From a virus: a stretch of DNA of 45,555 nt. Shown in pieces: positions 35,900-41,582 of the stretch; the stretch's first letter is position 1; every line of letters begins with the position of its first letter. The stretch is taken from the UHGV virus genome UHGV-2198558. One strand, written 5' to 3'. The notes below the pieces were generated by a model. It was given only the letters and a program-made list of their open reading frames with translations, was not told the DNA's origin and did not search any database. The translations under genes and the position numbers were made by a program.

Positions 35900-36367
35900 A
35901 TGAACAAGAAAAAATACTACATAGCCTACGGCAGCAACCTCAACATCCGCCAGATGCGATTCCGCTGCTCAGGCGCAAAGCCCATCGGCATTTCCGCGAT
36001 TCCTGACTACGAACTGCTCTTCAAGGGCAGCAAGACGGGAGCGTACCTCACCATCGAGCCGAAGGACGGCGGGCTTGTTCCGGTCGCCGTGTGGGAAGTG
36101 ACAGCCGACGATGAGAAGCACCTCGACATCTACGAGGGCTACCCGAACTTCTACTACAAGAAGGAAGTCCGCCTGCCAATCAGGCTGGCAAACGGCAAGA
36201 CCAAAAAGGTCACGGCATTTGTCTACATCATGCACGAGGAGCGTGAGATTGCGATCCCGTCAATGACCTACATCCGCACCTGCGAGGAAGGCTACCGCAA
36301 CTTCGGCTTCGACACCAAGTTCCTTGATGCCGCCTACGAGATCAGCGCAAAGGAGGTACAGCGATGA
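35900..36367 (+). CDS. AIG2-like / gamma-glutamyl cyclotransferase family protein
   Basis: YIAYGSNLNIRQM N-terminal motif; AAAGGAG RBS; 155 aa. Confidence 0.75.
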   Translation: MNKKKYYIAYGSNLNIRQMRFRCSGAKPIGISAIPDYELLFKGSKTGAYLTIEPKDGGLVPVAVWEVTADDEKHLDIYEGYPNFYYKKEVRLPIRLANGKTKKVTAFVYIMHEEREIAIPSMTYIRTCEEGYRNFGFDTKFLDAAYEISAKEVQR

Positions 36368-36564
36368 AAGACCGCAACAAAGAGCCGCACATCTGCCCGA
36401 AATGCGGGCAGGCGTACACCGCCCGACCAGCTCTTTCCCGCGTGGATAACAGCCCAATCTGCCCCGACTGCGGAACGCGTGAAGCGCTTGAAAGCATCGG
36501 CGTCGGACGCGAGGAACAGGACAAGATTCTCGGCATCATCCACGAGAAGTACGAAGGCGAATAA
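36364..36564 (+). CDS. Small zinc-ribbon protein
   Basis: ATGA overlap with the AIG2 stop; CPKCG...CPDCG. Confidence 0.5.
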   Translation: MKDRNKEPHICPKCGQAYTARPALSRVDNSPICPDCGTREALESIGVGREEQDKILGIIHEKYEGE

Positions 36565-36572
36565 GTCGGCAC

Positions 36573-36594
36573 AAAGGGGCGTTACAGCCCCTTT
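36573..36594 (+). terminator. Hairpin, possible weak terminator
   Basis: aaaggggc / gccccttt stem with gttaca loop; weak U-tract. Confidence 0.35.
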
Positions 36595-36635
36595 CCGCAT
36601 TCTCAGGGATAACTTATCCCCCACTTTCCGGGCGT

Positions 36636-36655
36636 GACACGGCGCGTTCTGGCGC
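36636..36655. repeat. Cassette boundary repeat (short copy)
   Basis: gacacggcgcgttctggcgc shares the ACACGGCGCG core with copies at 38314, 39198 and 40524. Confidence 0.45.
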
Positions 36656-36721
36656 AAACTATGTACCTGTTCAGCTTGCTGAAAACGGCGATTCTTCTAC
36701 GATTTATTTTGCACATAGGCG

Positions 36722-36750
36722 TGGACTTTTCAGGCAAAAGGCGGTAGTAT
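36722..36750 (+). promoter_or_regulatory. Cassette promoter 4
   Basis: TGGACT, 17-nt spacer, TAGTAT, then conserved leader. Confidence 0.5.
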
Positions 36751-36807
36751 GTGACACAACGGAAGGGCAGACAGCCCACCGGAATTCATAACATGGAGGA
36801 TACGAAC

Positions 36808-37278
36808 ATGAACGACAGCTACTTTGAGGAGATGACCTTCCAGTGCGCCGCCTATGAACGCGCCAAAAAGGAGCGCGCCGAGCGCAAGGCTCAGATTGCC
36901 GAAGCCCACGGCTACGACAGCCCGGAGGTGGACGCTTGGTACGCTGAGGAGAAGGCGGCAGGTCCTTACCCCTACAGCGGCAATGAGATGAAAGCCTACT
37001 GGGTGTACAAGATGCGCCGCGAGAACGACGGTGACGAGTTCGAGATGAGCGATTACTGCTGGGACAAGGAATTCCACGATTTCATCGAAACGCTCCGCAA
37101 GCTAGGCATCACCGAGTTCACGATCACCAATCAGAGCACGGCGCTGATGGAGAACATCTACGGATTTATTGCAGAAGGCTGCACGATGGTCGGAACGCAC
37201 ACCATCACCAAGAAGAGCCTGCGCTGGGGCGAGGAAGAATACGAAACGGCACAGGGCATCCTTTTCAAGGTGAACTGA
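36808..37278 (+). CDS. Hypothetical protein
   Basis: GGAGGA RBS 7 nt before ATG 36808; 156 aa. Confidence 0.6.
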   Translation: MNDSYFEEMTFQCAAYERAKKERAERKAQIAEAHGYDSPEVDAWYAEEKAAGPYPYSGNEMKAYWVYKMRRENDGDEFEMSDYCWDKEFHDFIETLRKLGITEFTITNQSTALMENIYGFIAEGCTMVGTHTITKKSLRWGEEEYETAQGILFKVN

Positions 37279-37286
37279 TATCGACA

Positions 37287-37322
37287 GGAGCAGGGCTTCG
37301 GCTCTGCTCCCCTCCCCCTTTT
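37287..37322 (+). terminator. Rho-independent-like terminator
   Basis: 10-bp stem ggagcagggc / gctctgctcc with ttcg tetraloop, then a C/T-rich tract ending TTTT. Confidence 0.5.
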
Positions 37323-37395
37323 CCTCATGTGTAAATCCTACAATACGAAAGGCTGAGATCGGCGATTCTTCTACGTTTTATTTTGCACATAGGCG

Positions 37396-37424
37396 TGGAC
37401 TTATCAGCAGGATCATGGTAATAT
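37396..37424 (+). promoter_or_regulatory. Cassette promoter 5
   Basis: TGGACT, 17-nt spacer, TAATAT, then conserved leader. Confidence 0.5.
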
Positions 37425-37479
37425 GTGACACAACGGAAGGGCAGAACGCCTACCGAAAAACGAAACGGAGGATAACACC

Positions 37480-37800
37480 ATGAACCCCTACACACTGAGA
37501 AAGAGCCTGAACCTGATTGATGCCAACACGGCGATCACCCGCGAGGACTTCGAGAGCCTCTTCTGCAAGACTGCAGAGCGTGTCACCTTTACCTTCAACG
37601 GTTGGGACGGCAAGAGCTATGATGGCGAGAGGCGCAGCGGTTACGTTTACCGCACCATCATCGAGGGCTACGAGAATGTGAGATTCGTTAAGGTCGGCAA
37701 GGGACTGCATTACATCGATGAGGACAGCAGCATTACCGAGAAGGCTACGGGCATCGCCCACAAGGAAGCAGAGTGGCTGGTCGATGTGAAGAGAGCATAA
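37480..37800 (+). CDS. Hypothetical protein
   Basis: CGGAGGA RBS; 106 aa. Confidence 0.6.
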   Translation: MNPYTLRKSLNLIDANTAITREDFESLFCKTAERVTFTFNGWDGKSYDGERRSGYVYRTIIEGYENVRFVKVGKGLHYIDEDSSITEKATGIAHKEAEWLVDVKRA

Positions 37801-37866
37801 GCAAAACAGCGGAGCCCTTCCTGCGGGGAGGGCTTACCGCAGAAAAAAACATGGAGGTTTACGAAC

Positions 37867-38250
37867 ATGAGTACGAATTCAAGAGTCGGAATTCTGCATC
37901 AGGACGGCGTCACGGAGACAATCTACTGCCATTGGGACGGCTACCCCGAACACCAGATGCCCATCCTCACCGAGCATTATAACACCGCCGAGAAGGTCAA
38001 GGCACTGCTTGCCCTTGGAGACATCAGCATCCTCGGCGAGCGCCTTGCTCCCGATGCGGATGAGCCGCACAGCTTTGAAAAGCCTGCCGATGGTGTGACG
38101 GTTGCTTACCACCGCGACCGCAAAGAGCCGATGCAGCCTGCGGTCACCCACAAGAGCGTTGTTTCCCTGATGAGCGATGACTGGGGCATTCCGTATTACT
38201 ACCTTTTCGATGAGGAAAAAGGAGCATGGCTTCCGCCGACCGAGGACTGA
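37867..38250 (+). CDS. Hypothetical protein
   Basis: GGAGG RBS 9 nt before ATG; 127 aa; no own promoter, co-transcribed with 37480. Confidence 0.6.
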   Translation: MSTNSRVGILHQDGVTETIYCHWDGYPEHQMPILTEHYNTAEKVKALLALGDISILGERLAPDADEPHSFEKPADGVTVAYHRDRKEPMQPAVTHKSVVSLMSDDWGIPYYYLFDEEKGAWLPPTED

Positions 38251-38313
38251 TAGGTTCAGCCCTGCGGGGCTGACTTGCCCCACGTTGTCCTTTGTGCGGT
38301 TTTCCTGCGATAA

Positions 38314-38366
38314 GCTTGCCCCTGCGGAAAGCCGCCTCACACGGCGCGTTTGTGTGCCTCCTGTGG
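38314..38366. repeat. Cassette boundary repeat
   Basis: cttgcccctgcggaaagccgcctcacacggcgcgtttgtgtgcctcctgtggg. Confidence 0.5.
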
Positions 38367-38430
38367 GCTTGGTGCTATGTATACAACAAATGGCGCAGAT
38401 ACGCCGATTTTGTTCTGAACATTTAGCCGC

Positions 38431-38459
38431 TTGCTATTCCGGAAAGATCATGGTAATAT
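38431..38459 (+). promoter_or_regulatory. Cassette promoter 6
   Basis: TTGCTA, 17-nt spacer, TAATAT, then conserved leader. Confidence 0.5.
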
Positions 38460-38515
38460 GCTACACAACGGAAGGGCAAACGCCCACCGAATACAAAACA
38501 CGGAGGTAAACCACC

Positions 38516-38898
38516 ATGACAAAGAAGGAAATGAAAGCCGCAGTTGCCAAGCTGAAGATGCTGCAGAACGGCAAAGCCGCCCTTGAGGGAATGACCGAAG
38601 CGGACTGCCTTGAGCTTTTCGGGATCAGCAGAGCGCAGGCACTTGCAAACACAAACGCCGCCCTTGCCAAAACCGAGCAGGAGATTTNNNNNNNNNNNNN
38701 NNNNNNNNNNNNGAGCATCCGCTGACAGGCATCGACAAACAGCTCTTCGAGATCGCAGCAAAGCACCTGATCACGGTGCAGGAGCGCGGAGACCTTGAAG
38801 CCCGCCACTGCGACAGCGAGGACTTCATCGAGGGTTCGGTCTGGGGGCTGGAAGCCGCCCTCAAGGATGCCTACGAGGCAGGACGCAAGAGCAAGTAA
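38516..38898 (+). CDS. Hypothetical protein interrupted by an assembly gap
   Basis: CGGAGGT RBS and ATG 38516; coding resumes after the N-run and ends at TAA 38896-38898. Frame across the gap cannot be determined. Confidence 0.4.
38688..38712. other. Assembly gap (25 N)
   Basis: Run of n characters in the sequence. Confidence 0.99.
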
Positions 38899-38960
38899 CC
38901 AAACGGAACAGCGCAGCCCTTCCGCAGGGAGGGGCTGCCAATCCCGAAGGAGGAAAGAAC

Positions 38961-39140
38961 ATGGATACATACGCACAGCTTGAAATGCTGACCGCAGTCA
39001 TCGCAAACCTGTCGGCCACGGGAACATGGACGGAGCGAGAAGTGATGGAAACGCTGCTGGATGTCTTTGAACCGAAGGAGCTTGAACAGCTCGGCTACGG
39101 CGACTGCGTGAACGCATACTTGGAAGAGTACGGCGGATAG
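38961..39140 (+). CDS. Small acidic protein (59 aa), below the ORF-track length cutoff
   Basis: AAGGAGGAAA RBS 7 nt before ATG 38961; MDTYAQLEMLTAVIANLS...EEYGG, stop TAG 39138-39140. Confidence 0.5.
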   Translation: MDTYAQLEMLTAVIANLSATGTWTEREVMETLLDVFEPKELEQLGYGDCVNAYLEEYGG

Positions 39141-39197
39141 CGACGACACACGCACCACGTTGCCTCGTGTGGGGCGGTGCCGGGGAGATGCGTACAG

Positions 39198-39240
39198 CTT
39201 GCCCCTGCGAAAAGCCGCCTTACACGGCGCGTTCTGGCGC
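39198..39240. repeat. Cassette boundary repeat
   Basis: cttgcccctgcgaaaagccgccttacacggcgcgttctggcgc. Confidence 0.5.
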
Positions 39241-39310
39241 GTCCTATACGATGTACAATTCCGCCCGACTTCCCGCCTCATGTTTGTCACATTTATTTTG
39301 CAGACAGACG

Positions 39311-39339
39311 TGGACTTTTCTGCGAAAAGACGGTAATAT
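39311..39339 (+). promoter_or_regulatory. Cassette promoter 7
   Basis: TGGACT, 17-nt spacer, TAATAT. Confidence 0.5.
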
Positions 39340-39386
39340 GTGACTACCGCAAGAGAAGCGGAATCAATCAAAAGGAGCGAATCTAC

Positions 39387-39740
39387 ATGAAAATTCTGGT
39401 ATGCGAACCCGGCAAGCACCCCTACGTCAAGGACATCGAGTCGGGGCTGGAGAACCTTCAGCACGAGGTGGACGGACTGATTCAGGCCCTCTACCCATTT
39501 TCCGAAGAGGCGGCTGTTGTGTGCAACGAAGAAGGGCTGTTCCGCGATGACCTCGAATGGAACAGAACGGTCGATCCCTATGGTCCGATCAAGGGAACAT
39601 TCTTCATTTGTGGGCTCGGCTTTGAAGATTTTACAGGACTGACCGATGAACAGATCGAAAAGTACACTAAGCTCTTCTGGCCTCCTGAGCTTTTCATCCC
39701 GACACCGAACGGCATGGTGGTGCTTCACATTGTGGAATGA
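39387..39740 (+). CDS. DUF3846-like protein
   Basis: AAAGGAG RBS; MKILVCEPGKHPYVKDIE...YPF...VVCNEEG...GTFFICG pattern, recalled from mobile-element proteins of Firmicutes. Confidence 0.55.
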   Translation: MKILVCEPGKHPYVKDIESGLENLQHEVDGLIQALYPFSEEAAVVCNEEGLFRDDLEWNRTVDPYGPIKGTFFICGLGFEDFTGLTDEQIEKYTKLFWPPELFIPTPNGMVVLHIVE

Positions 39741-39843
39741 CCGCAACAGGGGCAGGGCTTCGGCTCTGCTCCGCACTATTCCCCGGTCATAATGTACACA
39801 ACTGAACGCCGAAAAATGCAGAAATGATCGTGATTACTCACGC

Positions 39844-39872
39844 TTGATAATGTAGGCAAGAAGAGTTATACT
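39844..39872 (+). promoter_or_regulatory. Cassette promoter 8
   Basis: TTGATA, 17-nt spacer, TATACT; leader hairpin variant gggcggaaagccc. Confidence 0.5.
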
Positions 39873-39929
39873 GTGTACAACGGAAGGGCGGAAAGCCCAG
39901 CCGAAAACGAAAATGCGGAGGTACACACC

Positions 39930-40109
39930 ATGAAAACGAAGCAGGAACTGATCGAGAAGGCAAAGAAAGAGTGGGGCGAGACTTGGAACGAGGGCATGAT
40001 CGAGTACGATGCCGAGTACAACGAGTACATCGTCTGGGTAGGCAAGCCGGACATCTACAAAGCCTTCTTCGATGCCGACACCCTCAGATGCATTGGCACG
40101 AAGTGCTGA
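39930..40109 (+). CDS. Small hypothetical protein (59 aa)
   Basis: GCGGAGGT RBS; followed by a ccgccc-ttcg-gggcgg hairpin. Confidence 0.5.
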   Translation: MKTKQELIEKAKKEWGETWNEGMIEYDAEYNEYIVWVGKPDIYKAFFDADTLRCIGTKC

Positions 40110-40164
40110 GAACAACCGCCGCCCTTCGGGGCGGCACAACACCAATACTAAGGAGGACATTTAC

Positions 40165-40437
40165 ATGAGCGAGAACACAGAAAAGCGCGATGCAGCCGAA
40201 GAACTAGAACTTACCGATGCACAGGCAGACCGCAACGATGACATCTACGAGGCAGCTTTTGAATTCTGCAAGGTGCTGACCGAGAACCCCGACCTCGAAT
40301 GGGACATGGCGTTCCTCGGTGAGATCGCCGACCTTGCCGCTGGCATCATGACCGAGCAGGGACACAAGGTGCGGTTCCCCAGTGTGGTCACCGAGCAGGA
40401 CGGCACGCAGTACATTGAAGAATACTACGGCGGCTGA
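40165..40437 (+). CDS. Small highly acidic protein (90 aa)
   Basis: AAGGAGG RBS before ATG 40165; roughly 23 Asp/Glu against about 6 basic residues. Confidence 0.55.
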   Translation: MSENTEKRDAAEELELTDAQADRNDDIYEAAFEFCKVLTENPDLEWDMAFLGEIADLAAGIMTEQGHKVRFPSVVTEQDGTQYIEEYYGG

Positions 40438-40523
40438 TCGGCAAAACGGAGCAGTCCTTCTGCGGAGGGGCTGTTCCACGCCACGTTCGCTTGTGTGGGG
40501 GGCTTACGGCTTTCTGCGGATAT

Positions 40524-40575
40524 CTTGCCCCGCGATAAAAGCCGCCCACACGGCGCATTTGTGTGCCTCCTGTGG
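40524..40575. repeat. Cassette boundary repeat
   Basis: cttgccccgcgataaaagccgcccacacggcgcatttgtgtgcctcctgtgg. Confidence 0.5.
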
Positions 40576-40638
40576 CAAGGCATAATATGTACAACAACCG
40601 ACAAAAAATCGCCTTGCACATTCTGGTAGTTTAGCCGC

Positions 40639-40667
40639 TTGATATATCTGCCGAAAAGAGTTATAGT
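40639..40667 (+). promoter_or_regulatory. Cassette promoter 9
   Basis: TTGATA, 17-nt spacer, TATAGT; leader variant with cgggaaaccg hairpin. Confidence 0.5.
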
Positions 40668-40723
40668 GTGTACAACGGAACGGGAAACCGAGCCGAAAAC
40701 TACGAAAGAACGAGGTAAACACT

Positions 40724-40960
40724 ATGTGGCACGAAGGCACGATTCTGGCACCGACCAAGGAAGGCAAGACGGTGGTTCACTACTGGGCAAAGGTCTACGA
40801 CGAGGGCAGCCAGTACGGCATCAACGAGGGCAGAATCAGTAAACTGACACTCAAGGAGAATGGCAAGGTCATCTACAACTATGACAGAGGCGAGGATGTA
40901 CCCGAGCAGAACGAGGCTGCGGAGATTGCCCTTGCGATCCTGATGTACGAGTACAAGTAA
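40724..40960 (+). CDS. Small hypothetical protein (78 aa)
   Basis: ORF directly downstream of cassette promoter 9 and its leader; weak SD (ACGAGG). Confidence 0.5.
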   Translation: MWHEGTILAPTKEGKTVVHYWAKVYDEGSQYGINEGRISKLTLKENGKVIYNYDRGEDVPEQNEAAEIALAILMYEYK

Positions 40961-41048
40961 ATAGAACGGTCGGTAGGCGGTAGCATTAAGCCGCCCATCC
41001 AAACCAAGACGGACACACATATAAATTCAAGGTGGATATACATAGGAG

Positions 41049-41077
41049 AGGCTTGCAGCACGCAGGCCTTTTCTTTA
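41049..41077 (+). terminator. Rho-independent terminator closing the cassette array
   Basis: 8-bp stem aggcttgc / gcaggcct (one G-U), 5-nt loop, then TTTTCTTT. Confidence 0.65.
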
Positions 41078-41108
41078 TGCAGATTTTTTGAGAAAAGGAG
41101 TGATGCGG

Positions 41109-41582
41109 ATGGCTCAGAGAGGCAGAAAACCGACGCCGACAGCAATCAAGGAACTGGAAGGCAATCCCGGAAAACGACCGCTGAATGATGCAGAGCCGAA
41201 GCCGGAACGCAAGGCACCGCCCTGTCCGAAGTGGCTGGAGCCCGAAGCAAAAAAGGAATGGCGCAGGCTGTCAAAGCAACTGGAGCAGATTGGTGTGCTG
41301 ACCGAGGTCGATCAGGCGGCATTCGCATCCTACTGTCAGGCATACGCACGATGGAAAGAAGCCGAGGAATTCATGACCCAGCACGGCACGATCGTAAAAA
41401 CAAAATCAGGTTACTGGCAGCAGGTTCCGCAGGTATCCATTGCGCAAACTTATCTGAAGATCATGAACAAGATCGCAGAGCAGTTTGGCCTGACCCCGGC
41501 GGCAAGAAGCCGTATCACTGCCGGCGCAGATATGAAAAACGCTGCCGTTGACGATATGGATGAACTTCTCGGAGGTGGCTGA
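41109..41582 (+). CDS. terS: Terminase small subunit (P27-family-like)
   Basis: MAQRGRKPTPTAIKELEGNPGKRPLN N-terminus; AAGGAG RBS 8 nt before ATG 41109; stop overlaps the terL start. Confidence 0.8.
   Translation: MAQRGRKPTPTAIKELEGNPGKRPLNDAEPKPERKAPPCPKWLEPEAKKEWRRLSKQLEQIGVLTEVDQAAFASYCQAYARWKEAEEFMTQHGTIVKTKSGYWQQVPQVSIAQTYLKIMNKIAEQFGLTPAARSRITAGADMKNAAVDDMDELLGGG

Noticed and set aside
36793-36807. Alternative start ATG 36793 for the 36808-37278 gene
   Set aside because: The GGAGGA SD site lies between the two ATGs at correct spacing for 36808, matching the other cassettes.
38177-39386. Upstream extensions of ORF-track entries 38177-38509 and 39177-39740 sharing LAPAKSRLTRRV
   Set aside because: The shared peptide is the translated boundary repeat; the real start of the second gene is ATG 39387 after an AAAGGAG SD site, and the first has no RBS.
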